62,943 bases of DNA, filler included, from Octopus bimaculoides (GCF_001194135.2; 5 parts of 4 records of this genome joined end to end with filler, not necessarily neighbours in it), one strand, 5' to 3'. Positions 39,950 to 52,681 are shown, numbered from the whole stretch's first letter. A program made the numbers and translations. Notes: generated from the sequence alone by a model not told the origin.

Positions 39950-40611
39950 NNNNNNNNNNNNNNNNNNNNNNNNNNNNNNNNNNNNNNNNNNNNNNNNNNN
40001 NNNNNNNNNNNNNNNNNNNNNNNNNNNNNNNNNNNNNNNNNNNNNNNNNNNNNNNNNNNNNNNNNNNNNNNNNNNNNNNNNNNNNNNNNNNNNNNNNNNN
40101 NNNNNNNNNNNNNNNNNNNNNNNNNNNNNNNNNNNNNNNNNNNNNNNNNNNNNNNNNNNNNNNNNNNNNNNNNNNNNNNNNNNNNNNNNNNNNNNNNNNN
40201 NNNNNNNNNNNNNNNNNNNNNNNNNNNNNNNNNNNNNNNNNNNNNNNNNNNNNNNNNNNNNNNNNNNNNNNNNNNNNNNNNNNNNNNNNNNNNNNNNNNN
40301 NNNNNNNNNNNNNNNNNNNNNNNNNNNNNNNNNNNNNNNNNNNNNNNNNNNNNNNNNNNNNNNNNNNNNNNNNNNNNNNNNNNNNNNNNNNNNNNNNNNN
40401 NNNNNNNNNNNNNNNNNNNNNNNNNNNNNNNNNNNNNNNNNATATATACAACAGGCTTCTTTCAGTTTCCATCTACCAAATCCACTCACAAGGCTTTGCT
40501 CAGCCTGAAGCTATAGTAGAAGACACTTGCCCAAGGTGTCACACAGTAGGGCTGAACCCAGAACCATGTGGTTGGGAAGCAAGCTTCTTACCACATAGCC
40601 ATTCTTGCGCC

Positions 40612-40666
<55 letters not shown>

Positions 40667-41426
40667 TGAGTATTTGTATATTTGATCAATAACTGATGAA
40701 TAATTAGGGTCCTTCTGTGTCTGTCCTACATGCACGTTTTGTAGTATTTAATGCATTTTTCATTTATTGAGTAACTGAATGCCATGCATCCTGACTTTTG
40801 TTAACAGTAAGGTTTCACATATTATTTGTAACTCTATCTTCTTTCTTTCTTTCTTTCTCTCTCACCCTCATATTCCTTTTCTAGCCCCCCCCCCTTCTCT
40901 CTCCTTTTCTCACTCTTAATTGTAGACTTTCTCCCTTCCTTGTTCTCTCTGCTGCTTTCTCTCTCTCTCCCACTCTCTCCTCCTCCTTCCCCTCTATCTA
41001 CTGCCCACACATGACCCATGACTAGTTCTCTCATCCCTGCCTTTTCACCACTGGGCACTTAATCTGCCGTTCAACATATTTTCTCCTCTCTTACTTTTCC
41101 TCTTTTTATATCCCTTAAGGATTTATTCTAGGTGTTACCCATCATTATCATGTTTAGCCAAAGCCTGTATTTATTCTGTCTTCGTCTATCATTTCAAATT
41201 ACATTTATTTACTTTGGTACGTCTATCCTGTATAGTGTTGTTTGCTCGAGCCCTAATTCTCAGCAAATTTTATGGGTGCCACCAATATACGAAGTTCTCA
41301 ATCTTATTGTTAAAGGCACAAAACTGAGCATTAATATTTTTGGTTGATAACTAATGAAGAATTAGTCTTTCTGTGTCTGTCCTACATGTAGTATTATAGT
41401 ATTTAATGCATCTTTCATATATATAT

Positions 41427-41602
41427 ATCAATTTAAATACACAACCAAAAGAGCTACTAATAGTTTCATGCATTTATGATACACAAACTGTCATATTTAT
41501 AAAATACACCATGTATCTTAAAGCAATCTTTCAGGCCCTGTTTATGCATTTAAATATTTTAAAAACTATTTGTAGCTCTCTCAGTTGTGTATTTAGATTG
41601 AT
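41427..41602. mobile_element. MITE with about 40-bp imperfect TIRs
   Basis: atcaatttaaatacacaaccaaaagagctactaatagttt versus aaactatttgtagctctctcagttgtgtatttagattgat. Confidence 0.6.
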
Positions 41603-41662
41603 ATTTATCTCTCACTGGATGGAATACATTTTTTTCTTGATTCTAGCTCTATTGGATCTTTG

Positions 41663-41698
<36 letters not shown>

Positions 41699-41705
41699 TT
41701 ATATT

Positions 41706-41889
41706 CATCATCGTTTAACGTCCACTTTCCATGCTAGCATGGGTTGGACGATTTGACTGAGGACTGGCAAACCAGATGGCTACACCAGGAGCCTGGTGTA
41801 GCCATCTGGTTCACCAGTCTTCAGTCAAATTGTCCAAACCATGCTAGCATGGAAAGCGGACGTTAAACGATGATGATGATGATGATGAT
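41706..41889. mobile_element. Head-to-head inverted pair of RTE 3' tails (foldback)
   Basis: (CAT)n-reverse-complement tail, centre ccaggagcctgg at about 41785-41796, then tail-(GAT)n. Confidence 0.85.
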
Positions 41890-41904
41890 ATATATATATA
41901 TATA

Positions 41905-42350
41905 GGTGCAGGAGTGGCTGTGTGGTAAGTAGCTTGCTTACCAACCACATGGTTCCGGGTTCAATCCCACTGCGTGGCACTTNNNNNNNNNNNNNNNNNN
42001 NNNNNNNNNNNNNNNNNNNNNNNNNNNNNNNNNNNNNNNNNNNNNNNNNNNNNNNNNNNNNNNNNNNNNNNNNNNNNNNNNNNNNNNNNNNNNNNNNNNN
42101 NNNNNNNNNNNNNNNNNNNNNNNNNNNNNNNNNNNNNNNNNNNNNNNNNNNNNNNNNNNNNNNNNNNNNNNNNNNNNNNNNNNNNNNNNNNTTACATCCC
42201 CATAACTTAGCGGTTCAGCAAAAAGAGACCGATAGAATAAGTACTAGACTTACAAAGAATAAGTCCTGGGGTCGATTAGCTCGACTAAAAGGCAGTGCTC
42301 CAGTATGGCCACAGTCAAATGACTGAAACAAGTAAAAGAGTAAAAAGAGT
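41905..42350 (+). mobile_element. SINE family B, full length, interrupted by a gap
   Basis: Intact head ggtgcaggagtggctgtgtggtaagtagcttgcttaccaaccacatggttccgggttcaatccc (A and B boxes) and tail gtaaaagagtaaaaagag. Confidence 0.9.
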
Positions 42351-43704
42351 ATATATATATATATATATGGGAGAATTTATGAAAAAAACAACAACAGACG
42401 AGGACAGGTGGTGTAAACAACAAAAGGATGTATTAGTTTAACGCTCAGGAATAGAGAAAGTCTTTAACGTTTCGAGCTACACTCTTCAACAGAAAGAATA
42501 AGGAGAAAAACAAGGAGAACTGAGAAAGAAGCACATTCTAAAGCATAGAGCAGTAATGTATTTATAAGTAGTTAAGTGTGTGTCCAGTCATAGAGTGACG
42601 AATGGTTTTGCATTCACAAAGGGCTTAGCCCCATGAATGTCTCATCAAACTCTAAAGGCAAAGACATTTAACTCTTCACCTGAGCAGCTGACTGGCTTCT
42701 GTGCCGGTGGCACATAAATAGCACCATTCGAGCATGATCGTTACCAGCATTGCCTCAATGGCACTTGTGCCGGTGGTACGTAGAAAACAACATTCAAGCG
42801 AGAGCGTTGCCAGTGCCACTAGACTGGCTCCTGTGCAGGTGACATGTAAAAACACCACTTGAGTTGCCAAAATTTGAAACCAACATATGTGTGTGTGTGT
42901 GTGTAAAGTGAGCCAATGGGACTAAAGATATTTTGACAAAAGCCCATCACAGTGAAATTAAGGTATGAAACTAATAATGGTGAAATAGAAAGAACTGGCA
43001 ATCGGCCAGTAGGGCAGAAGGTTTGTGGTTTATTCTGCCAGTTCTCTTTATCCTACCAGTTGAAAGATCAGTGATTTGTCAGCAATATCTTCTTCTGACC
43101 TTGCTATTTGTGTCTTTGTGACTTGGAGAATAATCATATTTATTTTAATATAATAATTTTGTTGTATGTATGTCTCCATTTTAGAGAATATAGATCTAAT
43201 GTGTCAATATCTATATTAAAGTAATAAATAATTACTTTTAATTATTGGATTTAATTATTTCTACACAGTTCAGGAGAGGGTGAAGGTGCATGGTCTAGTG
43301 GTTAAAGTGTTACCCTCACAATCACAAGACCATAGTTTCGATTCCTGGTTCAAGCAATGCAGTGTGTTCTTGAGCAAGACACTTCATTTCATGTTGTTTC
43401 AGTCCACTCAGCTGTGAGTTACCATCAAGGTGGAATGTTGTGATCTGAATCACTTATTTGCTATGGAAACTGGGTGACCATCCTTAGGAGTCTTAGGACT
43501 CGAGACAGTAATGTCCAGTTCAGGTGAGGTGTGTAATTTTGGTGGGAATCTTTCCTAATTAATAATTTCAATCAAAACTGGAATACATTCTGATTATTTA
43601 TTTATTTATTTATACATTTATGTTTTACTGATTTCTGTCATTGATTCCAGTTGAACTGACATCTGGAAAATAAGGGATCTCTCCAATAATAATGATTATT
43701 ACAC

Positions 43705-44098
43705 AAGTTGAGGGCCTTCTGCAATTCACTTTTGTTCTCAACAGCAGTGTTAAAACAGTGACCTTTGAGCTGCCTTTTCATCTTGGAGAAGAGACGAAAG
43801 TCTGAAGGAGCTAAATCTAGTGAATAGGGTATGTATGGAAGCAGTACCATGTTGTTCTTGGTGAGAAACTCACAAGTGAGATCCGGTTGGTTTCACTGAA
43901 TATTGTTCCTCAAACACTTCAAAATGTCACAATAGATAAATGACTTCCAGGCCAGATTCCAAAAGTGGCAGGAACTCTGGCACCAGTGTATTGCTGTGCA
44001 AGGGGATTATTTCAAAAGAGATGATGTTATAACTTTGGCAAATAAGTTATTTTTTATCAAGCATAACTAGTCCAGGAACTTTTTGATACCACCTCGTA
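43705..44098. mobile_element. Scrambled mariner (Tc1/mariner) remnant
   Basis: Minus 43705-43930: EFLTKNNMVLLPYIPYSLDLAPSDFRLFSKMKRQLKG (YSPDLAP motif). Plus 43936-44098: NDFQARFQKWQELWHQCIAVQGDYF, ending in terminal ...ttttgataccacctcgta. Confidence 0.85.
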
Positions 44099-46194
44099 CA
44101 TACTCTCTCTCTCTCCCTTTCTCTATCTCTCTGTATAGCTCCCTATGTGTGTGATTATGTGTTTGTATTTGTATTTGTTCACCTACCATTGCTTGACAAC
44201 CAGTGTTGGTTTGTTTACATTCCTGTAGCTTGGTGGTTCAGCAAAAGATACCAATTGAATAATTACTACACTTAAAACAAAGTTCTGGGGACAATTTGTT
44301 CAATTAAACCCTTCAAGGCAATCTCCCAGCATGGCCACAGTTCAATGACAGAAATCAGTAAAACATAAATGTATGAATAAATAAATAATCAGAATGTATT
44401 CCAGTTTTGATTGAAATTATTATTTAGGAAAGATTCCAGTTGAACTGACATCTGGAAAATAAGGGATCTCTCCAATAATAACGATTCTCTTATTGTTTAA
44501 GTTGGGTTCATCATAAAGATGTTTTATTAAAATGTTGCTGGTGTAGTAGCACAACTTCTTTTATCAGTAGTGCCATCATAACAATGCTTTTGAATTTGAG
44601 TAAACAAACTCCACATCTCTGGCATGGATTTCACCCGATCAGTGATGACCATTCCATTCCATAGTTTGATGTCTCTTTTGTTAGAAAAGATACAGAAACT
44701 TCAAACAAAATTGTTGGCATTATGGCTCACTACTGATAACTGAATCTCACTGATCACATGACCTTGTTTACACAAATATAGCAGACAACTTACAGGAAAT
44801 GTCACATGACTGTGTTTTGTGGCTGTTTTCAGCCAATCAAACTACTTCCTTTTGGCACAAATTGCTTTTACAGACATCCTGCTGAGAGCCTGTAGTCCAT
44901 TATAAAAAGCTGCTTATTCAAACATTTAAATGGAATTTGCTGTAGTGTTGGCCAGCTTCATGTTGGTTGGCCTGACAGTAAAAGACAGTCTCTAACACAT
45001 TCTTTCACTCTCTCTGTGTCTCTGTCTGTCTCTCTCTCCCTCTGTCTCTCTCTCAATCTCTATGAGTCTCTGTCACCACACAATATGCAAACCATACTTT
45101 CACATAGACACATATATATACTGATACAAACACATACAATACTTGACACAAAAATTTTATGTTCATATCAACTCTTGCTTGGAAAATTGTCTCTTTCATA
45201 TTAATTTTCTCATGAACATACTTGCAAGTATGAATTCCATCTCATCCAGACATTACCTAATTGGACATTTTAGCTCAGTAACATAGTCATTTTCACACGT
45301 GCATTTATTACACTTTACTCATTATGCTCTGAGCTCTTATTTTGTACTGTGATATCTTTTCAAATTTCTTGTATGGTTTAGGTCCACTGAGATCAACATA
45401 TTCTTTGTAACATTGCTAAAAGACTTTTGATGTATCAGTTATTGTCATTGTTGTCACTCCTTATCTCTGAAATCATCTACATTCATTTCCATTACAATTA
45501 GTCATTTATCTGCTTTACACTCTAATAGCATGTTAAACTTTTCTACAATCTGAGGTTAACTAACAACATTAACAGCAACTCCACACTTTTATTTACAGTT
45601 AACTATGAGCTATTGTTTAATATTATCTTAGATTAATTAGAATGCAGTCAACTGGCAGAGTTGCGATGCTTGTTCTCATTCTTTGTGTTCTCAATTTCTG
45701 AGTATGTAGCCCACTAAAATCAAATTTACCTCTTACCCTTTTGTAGCCATATTTGTACCATATTTTATGTGAGGGAACCATGTAGAAAGCACCCAGTAAC
45801 CACTGTAAAGAGGTTGGCATTAAGAAGTGTATCCAACCATAGAAACCTTGCAAAGAGAGAGGACTGGAGCCTAGTGCACCTCTCCGGCTTGTCAGCTCCT
45901 GTCAAACCATCCAACCCATGCCAGCATAGAAAATGATGATGACCATGACTATGATGACAACAATGACAGCAACGATGATGATGATTTGATGGCATAAAAG
46001 ATGCGTGGGCATATTAAACACATACCCCAGTCTCAGTAGGGTATATTTAGGTAAAAGAATTTTAGTGCATTAAAACATGTAATATAGGCCCAACTCTGCA
46101 TAATAGGACCCAGGGCAATTTTTTTGAGACATTTTCTTGGAAAATAAAAGTGTCTTCTTTGTCATAAAATATGATACTAGTCTGGTGATGACAT

Positions 46195-46276
<82 letters not shown>

Positions 46277-46283
46277 TCTTCAG

Positions 46284-46387
46284 CTATCACATCATGGATG
46301 TTCAGCTGGATCATGGGCAGAAAGGTCAACATGTTTGTATCCATTCAGGGGATCATGGGAACCTAAAACAATTAATGAAAACAAGAT
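46284..46387 (+). CDS. Candidate exon (104 nt, YHIMDVQLDHGQKGQHVCIHSGDHGNLKQLMKTR)
   Basis: (CT)n polypyrimidine tract + cttcag acceptor, donor GTATGT, open reading frame; no family recognised. Confidence 0.3.
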
Positions 46388-46794
46388 GTATGTTACCAAG
46401 TTATCATTGACTGTGTGTGATGGCCACAGGTTTTTCATATGTTAATTAGGCTAAGAAAATCGTAAGCTGACAGAATTGTTAGCACACCAGGCAAAATGTT
46501 CACTAGCATTTCTTCTGGTTTTACATTCCAAGTTCAAATTCCACTGAGATTAATTTAGCCTTTCGTCCTTTCAGAGTCAATGAAATATGTACCAGTTGAG
46601 CACTGAGGTTGATGTAATTGATGAGTTCCATCAGCATTTCAGGCCTTGTGCCTATAGCAGAAAAGCTATCAACTAGGTTAAGCTGAAGATTTAAGATTTA
46701 GAAAGATTAGAGTAGTTTGTGTTTGATTTGAGATGGTCAGTTGAAATCGGACAAGTGAGAAATGATTTTATTGTTTTTAAAATAAGTACAGGTG

Positions 46795-47155
46795 GTCTGA
46801 GCGTGATCATTGCCAGGACTGCTGACTGGCTCCTGTGCCGGTGGCATGTAAAAAGCATCATTCGAGCGTGATCGTTACCAGTGTTGCCTTACTGGCATTT
46901 GTGCCAGTGGTACGTAAAAACACCATTTGAGCGTGGCCGTTGCCAGTACTGCCTGACTGCCCCTCGTGCCGGTGGCACGTAAAAGCACCCACTACACTCT
47001 CAGAGTGGTTGGCGTTAGGAAGGGCATCCAGCTGTAGAAACTCTGGCAAATCAGATTGGAGCCTGGAATAGCCATCTGGTTCACTAGTCCTCAGTCAAAC
47101 CGTCCAACCCATGCCAGCATGGAAAGCGGACGTTAAACGATGATGATGATGACGA
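46795..47155 (+). mobile_element. RTE LINE 3' UTR and (GAT)n tail
   Basis: Tandem about 60-nt units plus conserved tail. Confidence 0.85.
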
Positions 47156-48407
47156 TATGGCTATTAGGTTAAGAAGCTTGTGATCTTGGGTTCAGTCCTA
47201 CAACATGGCTGCTTGGGCAAATGTCTTCTATTATAGTCCAAGGTTGACAAAATCCTTGTGAGTGGATTGGATGAATAAAAGCCTAAAGAAGCCTATCATA
47301 TGTGTGTGTGTGTGTGTGCCCTTGTTTTGACATTGTGTAATGGTTGCAGATGTTCATTAAATGAAATTGTTCGTTTCCAGTTTTCTGTGGAAAAAAACAT
47401 GTCTGGCCTGGGAAATTACTTTGCTTGGAAATATGTGAAGGTTGGCAACAGGAAAGGCATCTGGCTATAAAGAAATCTGCCTCAACAAATTCTGTCCGAT
47501 CCATGCAAGCATTTGGAAAGTAGGCATTAAGTTATAATGATATTGATGATGAGGGTACAATATGTATTTTTGATATTCAGTTTTGATAAAACAAAGGTAC
47601 CCTATCTTATTTTAAAATATATTATATTATTTCAAGGAACGTATTTTCATATTTTTTCGTTTTTAAAAGCATAGAGGGACTTGAAGTTTAGCTGCTATTT
47701 CTAACAGGTTAGTCAACTGTGTAGTCACTCACATAAGCTTGACTACAATTACTATTGATGACAATTTTTTTATGTAGGTAGAGAGAGACTATTAGAGTAG
47801 CATTTCTTGCCTAAGAGTACAATGTGAAATCATCTCTAAAAGGGCTTTACATTCAATGAGTAATATATACCACATCGAAAGCTGTCAGTTATTACAGCAA
47901 AAAAAAAAAAAGAGAAAAGAATAAAAAGATATAAAGATTTAAATTTTTTTTTATGTCAGCATTAATTCTGTGTAAAATGGGAAACTGTGATGTGCCTTTA
48001 CTATGGCAATTTGAAACTGAAATATTTTTCAACCATAACTGAAAACTCAAATGGTAGGCTTGCCTGGCAGAGACATTACTACATGCTCTGTATATGTCTT
48101 CTATTTTTAGTAGTAGCTTGCCAAAAATCGTTCAGTCTGGTGTATGCCTAAATTAGTTATTTCCCTTAGATGATAGTGACAGTTTGTGTGTGTTGGTATC
48201 ATGTTTTGAGTGTGTGCTTGGATTGTTGGAATAAAAGTCGTACTGGTGTGCCCGTGCGCGTGTGCATGTGCGTTGGTACGTATGTTGGGTGTGGGTATGT
48301 GTGTATACATACATACATACATACATACATATATCAAGTAGATCAAAGGTTGTGAGTGGATTTGGTAGATAGAAACTCAAAGAAGCCCATTGTATGTATG
48401 CATATAC

Positions 48408-48467
<60 letters not shown>

Positions 48468-48504
48468 ATATACATACATACATACATACATATACACATG
48501 TTTG

Positions 48505-48735
48505 TTATTTCTTTATTGCTCACAAGGGGCTAAACATAGAGAGGACAAACAAGGACAGACAAAAAGGATTAAGTTGATTACATCAACCCCAGTGCGTAAC
48601 TGGTACTTGTTTATCGACCCTGAAAGGATGAAAGGCAAAGTCAACCTCGGCAGAATTTGAACTCAGAACGTAGCGGCAGGCGAAATACCGCTAAGCATTT
48701 CGCCCGGCATGCTAACGTTTCTGCCAGCTTGCCGA
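48505..48735 (-). mobile_element. SINE family A, relatively young copy
   Basis: Head retains most CpGs. Confidence 0.85.
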
Positions 48736-49165
48736 CTTATACACATATGTTTGTGTGTGCGTGTATGTATGTGTCTTTGTGTCTGTGTTTGTCCCCCGTG
48801 ACAGCTAGACAACCGGTGAGACACAGCAGTTTGGCAAAAGAGACTGATAGATTAAGTACCAGACTGAAAAAAAAAACAAAAAAAAAAGGTTCATTCGACT
48901 AACGATTCTTTAAGGTGCTGCCCCAATATGGCTGCAGTCTAATAACTGAAACAAGTAAAAGATATAAGATATTGGAATTTGAAAGGTACAGGGTTTGATT
49001 CTCTGCAGGGGTTTGCTGGCCACTTTCCCCATTTTCTAACGGTATTTACCTGCTTTTCTAATCTGTCTTCACCGTCATCCTGTCTGAGAATTACTTTATT
49101 TGCAGCAGAATACTGACTCACTTGGTGCTTATAAGTTTGTTTAGAATGTATATATGTGTGTGTGT

Positions 49166-49487
49166 GAAGGCATGTGGCTTAGTGGTTAGGGTGTTCGGCT
49201 TATGATTGTAAGGTTGTGAGTTCTATTCCCGGCGAAGCGTTGTGTCCTTGAGCAAGACACTTTATTTCATGTTGCTCCAGTCCACTCAGTTGGCAAAAAT
49301 GAGTAGTAACCTGTATTACAAAGGGCCAGCTTTGTCACAACCTGCATCATGGTGAATCCGTATGAGAACTACGTTAAGGGTACACGTGTCTGTGGAGTGC
49401 TCAGCCACTTGCACATTAATTTCACAAGCAGGCTGTTCCATTGATCGTATCAGCTGGGACCCTTGTCATTTTAACCAATGGAGTGCT
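49166..49487 (+). mobile_element. SINE C-related element
   Basis: tRNA-like head ggcatgtggcttagtggttagggtgttcggc and shared body aagggtacacgtgtctgtggagtgctcagccacttgcac. Confidence 0.75.
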
Positions 49488-49599
49488 AGGGCCATATATN
49501 NNNNNNNNNNNNNNNNNNNNNNNNNNNNNNNNNNNNNNNNNNNTTAATTAATTAANNNNNNNNNNNNNNNNNNNNNNNNNNNNNNNNNNNNNNNNNNNN

Positions 49600-50560
49600 G
49601 AGTACAGTGACCTCATTTACAACAGAGCACTGCTTGAAATCGAAGATACTGTTCTCAATATGGGCGGGAGTGCGTTGTCAGTGTATGGACTACCTTCAAC
49701 AAACCGGGAACGCCCAAACACACTGTCTTTCGATTTGCTGCGTGAGACATGTTATAATGTTGACGAACTTGCCCAGTACATAGCGAACAATGAGCCAAAG
49801 CGCCTTCCAGAACAGAAGTTCGCTTACAACTCCGTTATTAACTCTGTCCGGGACAAAGCTGGGGGGATTTTCTTCCTCGACGCTCCTGCAGGAACTGGCA
49901 AAACTTTTGTCACAAAATTAATATTGGCTGAGATTAGGCGAACACAAGGCATTGCCTTAACTGTGGCATCATCTGGAATTGCGGTTACTTTGTTGCCAGG
50001 CGGCAGGACAGCTCACTCCACTTTCAACCTTCCGCTTCACTTAGCGAAGACGGACACACCAATTTGCAACATCAGTAACAGCTCAGATCAGGCAGAAGTG
50101 TTCAGACGATGCAACCTTATCGTTTGGGATGAATGTACAATGGCCCACAGAGGTGCTCTTGAGGCGCTACATAGATCTCTGAGAGACATCAAAGACTCTA
50201 CAGTTCCCATGGGAGGCATAACACTTCTTCTTTCAGGGGACTTCAAGCAAACACTGCCAGTTATTCCCAAGGGGAATAGAGCTGATACAGTACGTGCGTG
50301 TCTTAAGTCATCTGCATTGCTAAGACATTGTTACAATTGTGAGAACAATAAAACAGCTTTTTCAGGGCCACCTCACATTCTATTGTTACCCACTTCTCAG
50401 AGTGCTGCAATGCTCTAGGCAAGGCTTTATGTCCAGTTGCAAATTGATTGGTTGGTTTTCAACTTATAGCAATCTTTCCCTCAATAATCATAATTGAGTA
50501 GAATCATCAACAGTACTTTAAAACAATTAAGCCCCGAGCAACGCCGGGCACTTCTGCTAG
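49600..50560 (+). mobile_element. Helitron: PIF1-family helicase fragment plus 3' terminus
   Basis: Open frame from the gap edge: FLDAPAGTGKTF (Walker A), ASSGIAVTLLPGGRTAHSTF, IVWDECTM (Walker B), SGDFKQTLPVI. Homology stops near 50325; subterminal hairpin gccccgagcaacgccgggc and terminal CTAG|T at 50557-50561. Confidence 0.92.
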
Positions 50561-50901
50561 TATATTATAAGATCAACCATTTACTGAATATTTAAAATGT
50601 CTGTAAAGCTCTATTTACATTCTGTAAATATATGTAACATCTTACAAGTGCATTCCTAACACTTATAATTGTTTTTGGCCATCTTTCCTCTCTGATATCT
50701 TGCTTGAACTTTGTATTTCTTCACACCAACTTATCTGTTTCTGGAGTACTTTATACTAATTCAGAAGTTGGAGTTTAAGAATTCAATCAGTACTAAATTA
50801 TTGCCTATCTTCCACACATCTTTTCATCCACTATATATATATATATGTGTGTGTATGTGTGTGCAAGTATGAAAAAGAGTCTATGTATATATATTTACCT
50901 G

Positions 50902-51120
50902 GGTACTACTAAAGCAGCGCGGACCCGAAAGCGCAGTCGCGCGTCCGCGCTAGCTAGTCGTGAGTGGTCGATCCTAACCCTAACCCTAACCTTAACCCTA
51001 AACACGTATTCATTTGCACACGCGGGTTAGGGATAAGGTTAGGGTTAGGATCGACCACTCAAGACTAGCTAGCGCGGACATGCGACTGCGCGTTCTGGTC
51101 CGCGCTGCTTTAGTAGTACC
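50902..51120. mobile_element. Palindromic MITE with internal telomeric repeats and 9-bp TSD (Merlin-like)
   Basis: Termini GGTACTACTAAAGCAGCGCGGAC...GTCCGCGCTGCTTTAGTAGTACC; ATTTACCTG duplicated at 50893-50901 and 51121-51129; (CCCTAA)n at 50973-51002 and (TTAGGG)n at 51024-51049. Confidence 0.85.
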
Positions 51121-51133
51121 ATTTACCTGTATA

Positions 51134-51164
<31 letters not shown>

Positions 51165-51329
51165 GTTAAATTCAAATTACGATAAACGTAAACAAACAAA
51201 CGAAGTTTGCTTTTAGAAGCGTTGAGATGTCTTAGAAAATTATGGAAGTGATTTTAAATTCTCAAACGCAATAAAGTGTAGGTGGTTAGCAGTGGGACTC
51301 GAACTCACATCTCCATGATATATATATAT

Positions 51330-51536
51330 AAATTAGGGTACTGGACTATCACTTTCTAGAAATAGGAGTTAATACTCCAAAGCCACCAATTTCTCACTAT
51401 TACGAAACACTTATTTCTTGATTTTTTCAAATTATATTTCTTACATTCACTGTGTATGTTTCTGAATAGTAAGAAATTTGTGGCTTTGGAGTGTTAACTC
51501 CTATTTCTAGCAAATGATATTCAGGTACCCTAATTT
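51330..51536. mobile_element. TA-flanked MITE with about 60-75-bp TIRs
   Basis: aaattagggtactggactatcactttctagaaataggagttaatactccaaagccac versus gtggctttggagtgttaactcctatttctagc...gtaccctaattt. Confidence 0.7.
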
Positions 51537-52631
51537 ATTTGTATATTTTACTTATATAGGTTAAGCTTGCTGGCCACTTTATTATTATTGTTATTTTAAT
51601 AATGGTAATAATACTGTATTAAATTTTATATTGTACTTACTTTATGTTCGTTTTTGAATGTCCCGGGGGGCATTCAAATGAACAAATGTGCATGGTGTAA
51701 TGAAATGAATATTTTGAAAAATAGATAAATACAATGTCTGACAATCCGTACGTACTAATGTACAAAAGGTGAAATCAATAGATACCAAGATGTCTGTTCT
51801 TGCTTTGTGGCTTATACACGGTAAAGCCTATTTTCATTATATTCGTTACATTCACCATGCATGTTTCTTAATAGTGAGAAGTTAGTGACTTTGGAGTGTT
51901 AACTCCTATTTCTAGCGAGTAATATTCCAGTACCCTAATTTATTTGTATATTTTAGCTATATAAGTTAAACTTGCTGGCCACTTGATTATTATTATTATT
52001 ATTATTTTAATAATGGTAATAATACTTTATTAAATTATATATTTATATATAATTAACATAATAGGGTAAAAATTCGATATTAATTAATATCAATTTAATA
52101 CCAGGAAACTAGCACATTAAAAGAATCAGAAGGTTCAGGAAAAAAAATTTCCTACACTTACTGGTCACTTTTATATACACAAGTATATATATACATGCGG
52201 GTGACACGTAAAAGCACCCTCAGTCAAATCGTCCAACCCATGCTAGCATGGAAAGCGGACGTTAAACGATGATGATGATGATATATATATATGAATACTT
52301 TTGTATCTGGTTTGCATAAACAAACAACTTATTGCTTAAACTTAACCAATTAACTAATGATAAAGGAGTGGAATTGAACCAGTGAATGTGTTAATATTGG
52401 CATAATGACACTTTCAACACAACAAAACATGTATGTATAGATAGACACATAGAGATACATACATCTATATATATTATACACACACACACGTATATATTAT
52501 ATATATTATCTTGATCTTATGATATTTACTTTGTATTATATTATACTTATTTATTGTACTTTTAATTATAAATTTTTTCTATATGTGACAGTGAATTTTC
52601 ATCAATGAGCCTTGGTTCTTTTCCCTAATAC

Positions 52632-52681
<50 letters not shown>

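Noticed and set aside
42455-42500. Hammerhead-like TTGAAGAG..CTCGAAACGTT in a Penelope-like repeat (also about 31750-31790)
   Set aside because: The core deviates from CUGANGA, stem II is minimal and no stem I can be formed; at best a dead relic.
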